NCBI RefSeq assembly: GCF_009914755.1
Contig: NC_060928.1
Origin: the human T2T-CHM13v2.0 reference genome, Homo sapiens
DNA length: 64,000 bases
Strand: one strand, 5' to 3'
Shown here: positions 44,035 to 58,804 of the stretch, piece after piece
Position numbering within the stretch: the stretch's first letter is position 1
Layout of the letters: every line of letters starts with the position of its first letter
Program-made: the position numbers and the translations under genes
The notes under the pieces: model-generated
Database searches by the model: none
What the model saw: only the letters and a program-made list of their open reading frames with translations
What the model was told of the DNA's origin: nothing

Positions 44035-46764
44035 TTCACAAGTCTTCAGTCTGCATGTTTGGGTCAAAGAAATCCCCAGCCTTTGTAAATTTTAGGTATC
44101 ACAAACTTCCATTTCAGAGAGAATGGAGTTGAATGAGTCTTCTGACCCATTAACATTTCTAACACTAACACCTCATGTACTTATGTCAAAAAACACTTTT
44201 TGCTCCTGTTTTGCTTACCCACTACATTCCTTATTGAGTGCTTATTGCTTTCAGCCTCTGTTGGAAACTCAGGCATGTCTACTTCTTTAGTTAAAACTAA
44301 TGGAATTCCAGAATCTAATGGAGAAATGTCCACTTCACCATTTTGAACTATATTTTTTTAAATGCAGTCTGCTAAGCTACCCCAAAAGAAATAATAGTCA
44401 TATTCCATTGAAAATCCATATAAGGTCTTTGCTTAAATGGTCTGAGTAAAGTCCTAGCATTCTAGTATCATTTCCTTTTCCAAGTTTTGTTGTTGTGTTG
44501 TTGTTCTTAATTCCCCCAAATCAACCTAATATTTAGGTTTTGAGTCTTTGTGCTAGTCCATATTCTGACCCCAACCTTTGAGGTAGATGGAAAGATTGAT
44601 GGAAAGATGTCAACTGAGAAATATAAGTGATATAATTCTCTTACATGGAAACTACCAAAACAACCATAAGAATTGGGAACAATACAACATCTTCCCACAT
44701 GAAGTTTCAGGCTTTCCAAGTCCCTGGTTCCCTGTGAGGACCGATTATTTCTGCAGAAAATTCTTCTGGCCATAAGAAATGTGCCTTGCTATTCTGAAAA
44801 TAAATTTGTTCCTGTGACCTCTTCAAAAAACCTTGGCTACTAACGTGGTATAAATAGCTAATAAAAATAATCTCAGTGCATTTTTAAATTTTTCTTTGAC
44901 ACTGAATGAATTTGCATTATTAGTCTCCTAGGCACTCCAAGGGTCTACATTTGTTTAAGGAAGTAATTTGCCTAAAAATTTACAGGTAAGACCAAATCCA
45001 GATTTATAAGTCAGTTTCTATCTTTACACATGCTGCCATTCTGCCTGTATGTTGTTCTTGACTCCTACAGAACTGCATTTACCTCATTAAGCTTTGAAGT
45101 TTCACCTCAAATTATATTGACAGAGGTACAGAAGTAGGTACAGAGCTTACTGTTCATCTATTAAAAGGTCATGAAAGAAATTACTTTAATAGATCAGTAT
45201 TTAGAATTCTTGTTTCTCCTTCAGACACAACAGTTTCTCATGGACAGAGTAGATTGTGCAAGTAGCCACATTTTCTTATTTTGTTTTGGCTTCAGGAGAT
45301 TCCGAGTGAAATTCAAGATCACACTTCATAATGGATATAGAATTCTGGCTTCATTCTGATGACATTTTCTTTGGAGTTGCCAATTTAAAATTTTTATTTT
45401 ACAGTATTTTATAAGAACAACAATCAATAACTAACATATAATTGATAATGTAATTAATAATATCCAATATTATTATGTTTTACATGAATTACCTTATTTC
45501 ACTCTCATTTTTTAAATGAAGTGTTAACCATTCTTTTCCTAGTCAGTGGAACTAAAGATACTCAATCTTCTTTAAGGCTGTGACTTGGAAGCTCTATATA
45601 ACTTCTGCTAGCATCCAATTGGAATCAATCTAGCTCTGCAAAGACAAGCTAGGGATATAGATTACAGATAAGTAGCTTTCTATGTGTATGGCTAAAACTA
45701 AGGAGGAGAAATCAAACTTCAAGGGATAGCAGACTCTATCAGCACTTCTTAGGACAAAATTGAGAGGAAGGAACAAAGCACCTAAATTGCTATTTGTTTA
45801 AACATGAGGCAATTAGGCCTAAATTATCTAATTAGACAATTTAGATTGCTCATATGCACCGATAAGTTATCTATTTTTCTCAAGTTGTTCCATATATAAA
45901 GATTGAATTATGCTTTATTTATCAATCTTTATGTAAGAATATGCTATGGCATAAAGGACTGAAAATTGCTTAGACATAATACGATTTATTTGGAGAACAT
46001 TCTACACTTAATTTAAAATAACCTCATAGCCAACCATGCCCTTTGACAGTGATTTTAGCTTCCTTTCCCATCAAAATGTACATAGGTGCTGTTTACTGAT
46101 TGATACTGAATATTATTTATTACTTCCTCTTTTACTGGGGAGATGTTAAACACTGAATTTTAGTGGATTGGCTATCCTAGCCCATAGCACATAATTTAAC
46201 TTTTATTCATCTAGTAATAAATTTGGTGAATCATTTGTGTCATGAAACTGTTTTCAATAAATACATTGAAATTAATCTGTACTAACCTCAGTATTTGAGT
46301 AATTCTGAAATAACTTACAACTATAGATCACTAACTATTAAAATTTAAAATCTCTCTGTATTGATAAGATTTTCTTTGTAATATTATCCCAATCAACCAA
46401 ATATTTATTAGGTACTAGGGTATTTTCTTTTTTATGTGTCTAAGATTATTTTAATTTCTAAATAAATATAAAAACAGCAAGAACCATGGCCTCCTCCCAC
46501 AAGATACCTAAACACTGAAGCTTACTGGGAAGATATACCAACTTACAAAGGTGATTTGATGCATTTGTCCATGTTGAGGCTGGGGATAAGGCAATTTATA
46601 AAGGAAAAAATTGTTTATCATTTATCACGTCCCTGTAACTGGAAGTCTGAAGTCTTATAATTGATCTAAATCAATTTTCTATTTGTAAATAAATAAACAG
46701 AACTTTAAGAAGATTAAATTACATCATTTCAAACATGTATTAATTAATTAAGAATACATCTATA

Positions 46765-47065
46765 TGATAATTTAACAATATGTATTGAGCACCTGTATGT
46801 CAAAACCTGGAGTAGGCATTGGAGATAGTGTAGTAAGTAAAGTAGGTAAAGTCTCTGTTTTCATGGAGTGTAGTCTAGTGAGAAGGGTGAAACTAATCAA
46901 TTAAATACACATGGATATAATTAAAAGTATTATTAGTACTACAGAGAAAATGAACAGTGAGTTACTACAATATGTAAGTAGGTGATCTCATCAAGGCTGT
47001 AGGATCAAGCAAAGCTACTATGAGAAAGTAGGCTATTATCTGATATATGAAGGATGAACAGATAC
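46765..47065 (-). mobile_element. L2 3' end (continuation at about 49250-49500)
   Basis: aacaatatgtattgagcacctgtatgtcaaaacctggagtaggcattggagata...gtctctgttttcatggagtgtagtctagtg. Confidence 0.7.
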
Positions 47066-47239
47066 TAGCTACTTATTATTAATTCTATGGTGCACTTTTT
47101 TGTCATGTTTTAACATTTTAAATTCAATAAACAACAATCAGTGAAGCATCCTTAATTGGTAACAAACCTGTCTGCCTGCTTTCTTTCCTTCTTTCCCTCC
47201 TTTCTTCCTCCTTTCCAAGCAGTACATAAAACATTATTG

Positions 47240-49185
47240 TTAAACTACAGTAAAATATTATTACACATCTAATAAAACAGATTAAAATAATAATAATAAT
47301 AACAGCAAATGCTGGCAAGGATACAGAGAAACTTGATGAATAATAGGTTGCTGGTGGGACTGGAAGGTAAAATGATACATCCACTCTGGAAAACATCTTT
47401 CCAGTTTCTTATAAAGCTAAACATGTCTCAACCATATGACCCAGCCACTGCACTTTCAGAGATCATAAATGCTCACAGTTCAAATGTTATTTGTAATATT
47501 CTAAAAATAGAGACATTTCAGATGTCCTTCAATAGGTGAATTGTTAAACTCTGCTACAACTATACTACGAAATACTACTCAGCAATAAAATGGAACAAAC
47601 TATTGAAACACACAGGAATTTGAATGAATCTCAAGGGATTTACACTGAGTAAAAAAAAAAAAAAATAGCCAGCCTCATAAGGTAACTTACTGAGCACATG
47701 TAGCCACCAGATTTTAGTTTCTAACACTATTCTTCAAGAAGAGGAATCTCCTTAGATAAATGGCTATTTCTAGGACTGAGGAAGTAAATATATAAGATGA
47801 GCCTGGAGCATCTTGTTTGGACAGAAAATGAGGATGCCTCAACAACAAAAACAATCCCACATTCACTTGAAAGTGACAGAAGAGCTAACTAAAGAGCCAC
47901 CAGGGGCCAAAGCTGGAAGAATTGGAGCAATAAAATAAAATAGTATTGAATTATAACAAAAAATATAAAATAAGCATTCATAAATTTATACCGATATAAA
48001 GTGATAAAATTAATGAATAAATGGAGGAGAAGAGGGAAACCACTTGGTCAGAAGAATTCCAAATAATTATGTAGGCACTCCACCTTCAAGGAGGTAAAGC
48101 ATAACTCCACACTTCTTAAGTATGGACTACTCATAGTGGCTTCCTTCCGAAGAGTACAGTTTTGAAAAGGAAACAAAAAAACTTTATAGTGGAAGAATCT
48201 GACAAACATTATCTCAGCTAGATGATCAAAGAAATAGCAACAGCGTCATATTCATAGCATATCTCTTGATAAGATGTGATGAAAATAAAAATGACACTTT
48301 TACCTTTGTGGTCTTTCTCCCCATAACTGGTAATCTCAGTCTAATCATGGGGGAAAACATCAGACAATCCAGTTGAGAGATATTCTTCACAATATCCAAC
48401 ACTACCTTCAAGACCACCAAAACAAATACATCTTGAGACTGTCATAGCCAAGACAAACCTAAGGAGACTTGACAACTAAATATAATATAATATGGTATTC
48501 TAGATGGGATCCCGGAAAAGAAAAAAAATGTTATGTAAACACTAAGAAAATATGAATAAAACATCTAATTTAATGCTAATGTATCAATATTTCTTTCATT
48601 CATTACAGCAATTGTACCATACTAATATAAGATGCTAACTATCAGGAAACTGAATATATTAGAACTCTTTGATTCATTTTCATGGTTTTTCTGTATATGT
48701 AAAACTGTCCCAAAAAATAAAAAGACTATCACCAAAGAAAGAAAAAAAGAGAAAAAAATTAAAGAGTTTAAACAAATTCCATTTATATAAAATTCTTTAA
48801 AAAATGACAATATCATAGAGATAGAGAACAATTAGTAGTTGCCTGGAATTATGAAGAGAGGTGGCTTAAGCTATAAAAGGGTTCACAAAGGATCCTTATG
48901 ATGGAATTTTTCTGTATGTTGGCTTTGGTGATAGTCACACAATCCTACAAATATGATCAAATTGTATAGGAATAAATACACACACAGAAATTAATTCAAA
49001 TATAACATAAAAATTGAATAATAGATTATATCAATGCTAATTTCTTGGTTGTTATGTAGTGCTATAATCATTCACAATTTTAACACTGGAGGGAGCTGAG
49101 TGAAGGGTTGACTAGCTATCTCTATATTATTTGTTACAAATTCACAGGTATCTACAATTATATCAGACTAAAAAAATTAACTAAA
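47240..49185 (+). mobile_element. L1MC/MD-class 3' end (pieces about 47240-47692 and 48775-49185)
   Basis: aaatgctggcaaggat, ccatatgacccagcca and gaatctcaagggatttacactgagt precede the insert. The element resumes attccatttatataa...aaatgacaa after it. Confidence 0.75.
47693..48745 (+). mobile_element. Second L1MC-class 3'UTR nested in the first
   Basis: ggggccaaagctggaa, cagaagaattccaaataatt, caaggaggtaaagcataactcc and cagtctaatcatg, ending ccaaaaaataaaa plus an A-rich tail. Confidence 0.75.
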
Positions 49186-52100
49186 ACATTATTGTATTTG
49201 CAATCACAGTGACTTAATGGTGTACAGTAGTTGAAGTGGGATAGGTATGTGTGGTTGTGAAGATCTTCACAGACAGGAAGAATATCACATGCAAAAGATG
49301 TGACATAAAAGAGATCATGTAGTATTCACTGAACAAACATAACAAACAGCCCATGAGGCTTGGGCTTCAGAGTCTAAAATAATAGTGGTTCAATATGAAG
49401 GTGGTAGGGGTAGACACTGACCACATCCTGTGGAGCGTCTGAGGACACATCACAGGTTTTGTTCTTAATTTTAAGTATCTTTGTAAGCCAGAAATTGGGA
49501 GTGGTTGATAAATATCAACTCTTTAGTAGATTCAACCAAGGATTCATTGATATTTTAGAAATGCCTGTGCTACTTAGAAATTCCTATTCTAAGATTAATT
49601 GCATGTGCTCCTTGAATAGATTTGCCTAGATTTACATCACAGGTCTATATCTTTAATGGATATTTGACCTTGAGCCAATTGGTTAACACTTGTAAATCTC
49701 ACCTTCGCATTTTATATTTACACAGACTTGCCTACCTAGTTATCACCAAACTCTCAGTATGTGGCAAGGATTAAACAAAATAATCCACGTGTATCATTTA
49801 GCATAATGTTTGTTACTTATTAAGCTTCATACGGGTTAGTCATTGATTTCTGTTTAATACAGACTCTTAAAAAATTATACAACTAATACAGATTAATTAG
49901 GTAAAATATCAGAAAGTAAAGATGAAATAAAATTTAAAATACCAGTTACAGCACCCTGCATCCATAATCACTGTTAAATTCTATGTTCCAGTTAAACCCA
50001 ATTATGAGAAAAGAGGCTAGTGAGGGAATAACTGAATCTGCCACGTCAGTCTTCCTCATGAAACATAAAGGCCCAGAATAACACTTTTCCATTGCTGAAA
50101 GTCGAAAACAATGAAGAGCCTGATAAATATTGGCTAAATAGATGGATAAATTAAATTTCATACATCATGGCCTCCATTTACCGAATAAAGTAGTAGGCAA
50201 AGTTTTCAACAAAAAAGGAGTGATTAAGAGTCAAAGAGAAGGACAGAGGGTTTGAGGAAACTGGTGAATCTTTAATATACAGTTACAGAGATTAAATACA
50301 TGAAATACATATTAAAAGGATTAATGCTGAAAAAAACGTTGAAGTTTCAGCAGAAAGTGAGGACCAGACAGGTGAAGTACCACAGAGTGAAATTTTTCTG
50401 TAACTTTCTCTCTAGTTATAACCCAGGATTAAAAGAAGAGAAGAGAAAAGCATAGCTGCATTGAGCTTGTTGTAAGAGTTGGCAGATCAGGGATGGTGAG
50501 AGGAAAAGGATAGATATGCAGGAGTTGATTAAAGGGTGGATTTCACATAAAAATAGAGCAGAGAGTTGGGGTAGAATAGATTGTATGGTTGAAAACATGT
50601 GGAATCATTGATAATATTGATGTATATAAAGAGTCATTATAATAGGACAAAGGTAGTGAAAGAATAGAAAGTTAGAATGCTATCATTGGAAAATAACATA
50701 TTCAAATTGTTCTATACATCATCTTTCAACAGGACAATGGTCAGGTTAAGGTCAAAATTAGATGCACTTTGTTCACTTTATTATCTTCACATCTTGTCAG
50801 TTTTTTGTCCTGTTTCACATATTAAATGAACTATTTGTATCTAGGCCAAATTGTAAATATGGAAATAATTGGGATGGACATAATAATCCTCTTATACATT
50901 TTTAATGTTTATTTCATCATTTGAAATGTTGACAGAATGTTCCATAATATATAAACATATGTATATAGTACTATTTCATCAAATGTGTAAAAAAGTAAAT
51001 ATAAATATATTGGGAGTACAAACCACGAAATCTTTAAGTATTGATTGCATGCTAAGAAGAGATTTGAGATTACTATTCAAAAGGAGGAAAATACTGATGT
51101 CAGTAGGTAATAATCAGAAATTCATACGATAATATATATATTAAAGAAGAATAAAGTTGGAGATATAGAATAGTTTTTGGAAATTAACATCGATTTCCAA
51201 GTTGATCTTACATAATTATTCAGTGAACATCTAAGATTTCTTTAATTAAGAGAGAACATAATTTTTAAAAATGTTTAAAAGGCAAAATGATATAAAAAGC
51301 AAGCCTGAGCAATATATTAAACAAAACAAAAACAAGAAAATTTTTAAAAACCAAGTAAATAAACAACCCTCAGGGAAAGCATTTACTCCCTCTGAATCTC
51401 AATTTCTTCATGTGTAAGTGAAAATGATTGGTTTCTATTTCTAGTCAGAATACATTTTTTCCAAAAATTTTTTGAAACAACATAGGAAGTTAAGTTTAAT
51501 AAAATGATTCTATTTTAACTTAAGGATAATTTGAATGAAGGGAAGAAGAATGAAAAAATATTAGGTGAAGCCAGGGAAAAAAATCTTGCTTATCTATAAG
51601 AATATTCAGATCAATTTTTTGAAATATGAAATTATTTATGAGTCACACGGCATACAAGTGCAAAAAAAATGTGTTTTCTATGGAACATGTGAAAAAGAAA
51701 AGGGACATGAGGCCTTGGTAGCTAAAGAATTGATGTTCCCTAGGTGAACCCCGCATGACTGAAGCTGATATTAATACAAGAAAAAAGTGAAGGTCTTCGG
51801 AAGATGCCTTTGGTACTTCTTACTCTCATACACAGAAATGTCACAATTCTTTAAAACAAAACAAAGGTCACTGATGTAGTAACTCATCTGCAGAGGAAAG
51901 GAATCAAACGTGCAATGCAGCAATAGTGCCAATAGGAGAAAGATTCAGATCGAATGGCCAGATAAGTCACTAGTTTTAACCAAAAGAAATTTGCTGTAAG
52001 AGATTGAGTTCAGTCTTCTATGTTTTGCAAAGTTGGTCAAAGGAATAAACCACTTCTGAACATATAATCACTGGCTATTTTTATTTAACTCATATAGAAA

Positions 52101-54199
52101 GAGAAAGACTTTTCAAGTGGCTAAAATTCCAATGTTCAATCTTGTGTATGAGACATTACTTTTTTCAATGCCTTTCATTCTTTGCTTTACTTGTTGAAGT
52201 TTAATTTTTTGTTTATATGGATTGTTTAAAAGCAATGTATGTATAAGGCAGTGTGTGGCAAACAGATTAAATTGCTTAAATTATACCCCCTTCTCCTTGA
52301 TGTCTTTGGAAATGGTGATTGTAGAAAAAATCTGCATAATAATATTTATGAGCATTTTGAGTACCATTTATATTAATAAATAAATAGAGTTGAAAAAAGG
52401 AAAGGTATTATGAGACCAATATGTATATAAAGGTGTGACCATTGTAAAACTTTATGGGTTAATATCTGAGGATAACATTTTATAATGTTTTCTGTTATTT
52501 GTCACTTTTTTCAGATTTTCACTTGCAATAACGATTTTGCCCAGCTAAATACTATATTAGTTTCAGAATGATTTACTTAATATTACTTTATGTACATGAT
52601 ATGCGGCTATAATATCCTCTTATTTAAAAGAAGGACCTTCATTATCAATGAGCACGTCTACAGCATTTTTCTAAAGTGCCTCTACTTGTTTGTCTAACTA
52701 TGAACTTGTGGTTATAGTCTAATTATCAACTTTATTTGAATAAACTAAATTCTGTAAGTGTCCTCAATTATTTTACTCCATTTTTTTCTTTTTCCTAATT
52801 ATATATTAAAAAATAGGACTACAGATTCTGACAATTTCTCAGAGTAGCTATTCAAAGGTAGCCAGCAGATGTCTCTCTTAGACTCATCCAATCAACAGAA
52901 TGTGCTCCTTTCTCTTTGGGCTATTACAGTTGTAAAGTTACTCATCAGGTACCTGTTCCCCAAGGTACTGTCAGTGTAATTTAAACAGACTACTAAATGT
53001 TAAGATGATCTAACTCCAAAGCAAGAGAAAAAATTGTTTGTTTGTATGTTTTTTGTCTTTAGAGATATAACTGCCTGGTTCAAGAAGAAAACTATGAGAC
53101 ATCATGAGGTTTAATGTTTAAAAGTAATGATACCTAAGGCACAATAATCTTAAGATTGACATTTGGGGAGAAATGAACATTAGGTCTAACAAGGAAGTAT
53201 ACAATAAATGCCAACAATATGTGTAACACTGTACTGTATTTGCATACATCCATTTAGCATGTTTCTAATTTATGAAATTCTGATTTATTAAAGAATTTTA
53301 AAGTGTAAAGACTGAAATTATATATTTATTCAGTTATGTGTATGTACAACATAAGAAAGTTAAAATTTAAAGGCACCCAAATGATGGTCAATTTTTCCCC
53401 TTTATACATGTCTCTACCACTTCAAGGAGGCAAAGTGATTTACCACATATGCTCTCTTTGCACTTATGCCATGTCATGAATTGTGATACAACTCAACAAA
53501 TGACAATTACTATTCATAAAATTATTGAAACTATAAGGCTCAGTTTGCAAATTTTATAAACTTCCTATACATCATTCTCTTTAAGGTTTAGTCACTCTTG
53601 TTTTTAATCACTGGCTATATATCCCTTGAACAAGCTTTTGTACACACAACCTTAAAATCTGACAGCTAAATATGCATGTACATTTCCAGAAGTGGAAAAT
53701 AACAATTTTTCATGATATAAACACTATAGTTATCTTAAAACTGACTCTGATATTTAGATTTGAGTTGGACTGTTCTATTTGTTGGCTTTAGTAGCCGTTT
53801 TTAATCATTTGCCCAAACTTAGTTTATTGTCGTCTATTACTCCTGTGTTTTTTAGTAAAATTTCATATTAATCTTACAGGTAAAATTTGCTTCATTCAAC
53901 TTTGTTATTTTATATTCAAATTATTTATAAACACACTTATGACACTTTATAAATCACACAGGTAATCTATACTTATGGAAAATGTTAAAGCACATACAGT
54001 TTGCTTTTCTCCCATTGCTATCTGTCATTTCCCCAGTTCCTTTTTGCACAGAAAACTTTTGAGACCAGTTTTTATCAAGATATTAGATGAATTGAAACAC
54101 ATGCGATCTTCTGTTTGATACAAATAATAGAATACCACATTGTGGAAAACCAAAATTAACAATCGCACAAATTTAGTTAAGTCCAAATCTTTACCTACT

Positions 54200-54800
54200 C
54201 TGTGCAAACAGATTAGCATCTGGACATGACCGGGATGAAACACACAATCATGCTCATGAGTCTCACCTCACCAAACTCAAGTGAGCCCTTAATTATCCCT
54301 GGCAAACTTACAACTTTTCCTAAGCTACTCACTTTCCTAACCCTGAGGGTGATTATTTCATTCATCTTTCTGCTCTTTACATCTTCAAAATCTCCTTCAC
54401 TCAGCGTATCATTTCACTTTGTTTCACTGATAAGACAAAAATAATCAGAAGAGACAATCAGCAACCTTTAATAACCACATCTATACTCGTCACATATACT
54501 CGCCTTCATTCCTATTATTCTGCACTCTTAGCAATGACCAGCTGCTCATTCTTATACTAGATGACATTCTGTTTTGTCTACTCATGCACTAGACTCGGGT
54601 AGGTCTTCTCCTTTTCCACTATATTGCTAATTGATTTCTATTAGATTATTCTCATGATGTTATTTCTATTATTTAAAGCACAATTGTTTAAGCAAGCAAT
54701 CTCTCTTGTTGCTATTTTCCTCTCCAACCATTAGCACATTCATCTCCTCCATTTATAATGAAGCTATTTCTTCCGAAGTTCACCCTCCCCTTCTCTTCTG
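54200..54800 (+). mobile_element. L2 ORF2-region fragment
   Basis: C/T-rich sequence with ctcaagtgagcccttaat, ttcactttgtttcactgataagacaaaaataatcagaagaga and ctagatgacattct. Confidence 0.45.
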
Positions 54801-55054
54801 AATCCGATTATATATGGTTATTATTTGTGATTGTTCAGTAGACATTAGAAAAAAATCTACAATCAAGATGATTTGTCAAATTATTTAAGTAATAAATGTC
54901 TTTATTATTATTTGATATTTCTTCAGTAAAGAACTAAAATAATGTTTGTTATAACTATCCTCATATTTTCTGTAAGTTTTGCTTCATGGTCTTTGATGCC
55001 ATGTTCTTTTCTGCATAGTTATTCATGAATGATGTTCATAATTATCTATCATAT

Positions 55055-55485
55055 AGTATTAGTTTGCTAGGGCTACTATAACAAAGTACCACCAACTGGT
55101 TGGTTTAAATGATAGAAATTTACTTTTCCACAGTTTTGGAGGCTGAAAGTCCAAGATCAAGGTGTCAGCGGAGTTAATGTACTCTGAGGCTTCCTTCTCT
55201 TCTCTCTTTGGCTTGTAGTTGCTAAGCAGCTAGACTATAAGCTAAAGAGAGAAAAGAAAGTCCCTGTGACTTCATGTGGTCTTTCCTCTGTGTGTGCCCC
55301 TGTGTTCATCTCCTATTCTTATAAGGAAAACATTCATTTTGGATTTGGGCCCTCTGTAAAGACTTCGTTTAACCTTAATTACCTATTTTAAGGTCCTATT
55401 GTCAAATAACAGTCACATTTTGAAGTACTGTGGGTTAGAACTAAAACATATGAATTTCGAGGGGACACAATTCTGCCTCTATACA
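55055..55485 (-). mobile_element. MLT1B-like MaLR LTR with an internal inverted duplication
   Basis: gtattagtttgctagggctactataacaaagtaccac...aagtccaagatcaaggtgtcagc...ggggacacaattc. Confidence 0.88.
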
Positions 55486-56307
55486 ACCCCTTTATAAACT
55501 TTCCCCTCTGCCTGTTTAGTCTAGTCATAAAATTCTCTTTGCTTGGGTGAATGTACTCTTTTCTGTCAAGTTGCTTTCTCCCTACTAGGGATCTAGCTTT
55601 TCACCCCGTCTCTCCTCTGCCAAAGCTTATTTGTTGCTATTTGCTCCTCTTGATGGTTCCATGGGATAAAATTAAAGACAGTAACTTCCCACACTTTTCA
55701 TTTGGTCCACAGAAAACTTTTAGATTATTTGTCTGAATACATTCAGAGAGTAGAAGCTGATTCCTAAGCATCAGTAAGACTTTGTTGCCGAATTATCAAA
55801 GCATTTAGTCAATCTGTCTCTTTTGTCCTGTACATTTCCAGAAGAACAGAAAACTCAAATCAAACCATCACTTCCAAAGAATCTTGAGGAAGTTCTACTC
55901 ACTTTGCTTAAGTTTAGAGGTAATCCACCTCTCCTGGAAGGTATGATGGAATTTTTAGAATTCCATTTACAGCTCACTTCCCTCTAAAAGAAAGTTATTT
56001 TCATGAATCAAATCTTTGTCTCATCCCTATGTCCAACTTTTGCAATTCTTATTGCAGTGATAGCAGTGATTGTGGGCATAGCTGTGGACAGAAAAAAATG
56101 ATAGTAGATAAAACAAATTGTAGATATGTATGTAATATTTTATTATTTGGGAAAAAACAGAAATTAAATGTGATAAAATCTTAATTGACAGTAATTCTGG
56201 AGATGGAATATATATGTTTGTATTTCAGTCTTTGTTCTTTACTCTATTTTAAATTTTTCCAACAAAAATAGAAATAAAAGATTGTTATTAGGTTGGTGCA
56301 AATTTAA

Positions 56308-56651
<344 letters not shown>

Positions 56652-56792
56652 TGCAATACATTATTAAATAAACGTGGTTATCTTATACATCATTTTAATG
56701 GGAAGTTCTCACTTAATTTTTTTTGCTAATGACATTACTTGCTATTTGTGTTTATTTTAGACTGCAAAAGTATTAAACGGATTAGACTACAG

Positions 56793-57808
56793 ATGTTAGA
56801 AAAAAGTAAATTTGAGCAATTTTCTTATTCAAGTTCAAAAATGGGTTGTAAAACAGTGGAGACAACATGCAACATCAATAATTCATTTAGCCCAGGAACT
56901 GCTAAGGAAGTACAGGGCAGTGGTATTCAAGAAGTTTCGCAAAGGAGATGAGAGCTTTGAAGATGGAGTGTTTTTCCATTGTCAATTTCCGATGCTGGCC
57001 ATTGGAAATTGACAATGACCAATTGAGAGCAGTCATCAAAGCTGATCCTCTTAAAACTACACAGGAAGTTGCCGAAGAACTCAACTTTGACCATTGTGTG
57101 GTTATTCAGTATTTGAAACAAATTAGAAAAGTGAAAAAGCTTGGTTAGTGGGTGCACCATGAGGTGAGCAAAAATCAAAAACATTGTTGAAGTGTCATCT
57201 TCTCTTACTCTACATCACAAAAACGAACCATTTCTTGATCAGATTGTGACATGTGATGAAAAGTGAATTTTATATGACAACTGGTGAAGACCAGCTGAGT
57301 GGTTGGACCGAGAAGAAGTTCCAAAGCACTTCCCAAAGTCAAACTTGCACCAAAAAAAGGTCATGGTCACTGTTTGGTGGTCTACTGCCAGTCTGATCCA
57401 CTACAGCTTTCTGAATCCAGGCAAAACCATTATATCTTAAAAACCGATGAGATGCACCAAAAACTGCAACACTCGCAGCCAGCACTGGTTAATAGAAATG
57501 GGCCCATTCTTCACGACAATGCCCAACTACACATCACACAACCAACACTTTAAAAGTTGAATGAATTGGGCTACAAAGTTTTACCTCATCTGCCATATTC
57601 ACCTGACCTCTTGCCGACTGACTACCACTTCTTCAAGCATCTTAACAACTTTTTGCAGGGAAAACGCTTCCACAACCAGCAGGATGCAGAAAATGCTTTC
57701 CAAGAGTTCGTAGAATCTTGAAGCATGGATTTTTATGCTACAGGAATAAACGAACTTATTTCTCATTGGCAAAAATGTGTTGATTGTATTGGTTCCTATT
57801 TTGATTAA
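56793..57808 (+). pseudogene. Inactive Hsmar1 DD34D transposase
   Basis: Peptides FKKFRKGDESFED, DNDQLRAVIKADPLKTTQEVAEELN, TCDEK*, HDNA, HLPYSPDLLPTDYHFFKHL and GSYFD* are present. Multiple frameshifts and stops. Confidence 0.93.
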
Positions 57809-58148
57809 TAAAGCTGTGTTTGAGCCTAGTTATGATTTAAAATTCATGGTCCAAAACTGCAATTACTTTTGCACCAACCTAATAGTTCAGGTCAGCATTT
57901 CTCTTACCAACTTGTGTGTTCTTTACAAATGGTTTAGTAAACCTGTATCTCTACATGAAACCCACTACCTTATAATAGAAAGTGGCATTCATAGTAGTAC
58001 ATTTTGTTACTAAAATTATGTAGATAAATTTTTACTTTTTCTTTCTTGCTTCTTTTCTCAAACCATCAATTAAAAGAGAGAACAAAATGATTTCTCCACC
58101 TTCTACTCCTTACCCAGTACAAATACTCTGGGGTACTAAAGATGCATG

Positions 58149-58647
58149 TGCATTTGTCATGATTCTCCTGAGAAACATAACCAATAGCATACATAAGGAT
58201 ATAATGAGATTTATTATAAGAAATTGGCTCACATGATTATAGAAGCTAAGTCTCATGAATTGCTGTCTAAAAGACGGAAGCCCAGGAAAGCTACCGTAAT
58301 TCTGTCTGAGTCTCAAGGCCTGTAAACAACTGGAGCTGATTATATAAGACCCATCCCAAGTTCAATGGCCTGAAAACCAAGAGCCTGATTTCCAAGGACA
58401 GAAAAAGATGGATGCCCCAGCTCAGTTAGAGAGCACATTCATCTACCTCGCTACTGTATTGAGGCTCTCAATAAATCAGATGATGCCCACCTACGTGGGT
58501 GAGGGTGATATTCTTTACTCAGTTTACCAATTTAAATGTCAGCTTTTTCCAGACACACCCTTATAGACACACCCAGAAATAATGTTGTATCAGCCACCTG
58601 GGAATTCCTTAGCCCAGTTAAGTCAGCACATAAAATTAGCTACCATG
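58149..58647 (-). mobile_element. MLT2B-like ERVL solo LTR
   Basis: ttctcctgagaaacataaccaatag, aattggctcacatgattat, gatgatgcccacc and gacacacccagaaataatg...cacataaaatta. Confidence 0.85.
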
Positions 58648-58804
58648 TAATATAAACTCCTTTTGACAGTGTCATTCTTTGACACTTTAAATCATAAGAC
58701 TGAAATTAGTACCTTTTCAAAATAATAGAAAGTTTTTCACCATCCCTCAGGACAAACTGTTCTAGTCTATGCTGTGTTATGTTATGTTATGCTATTCTAG
58801 TATT

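Noticed and set aside
56793-57808. Domesticated transposase or SETMAR exon
   Set aside because: It has stops (TCDEK*), frameshifts, an altered WVPHEL motif and both TIRs, and there are no SET-domain exons nearby.
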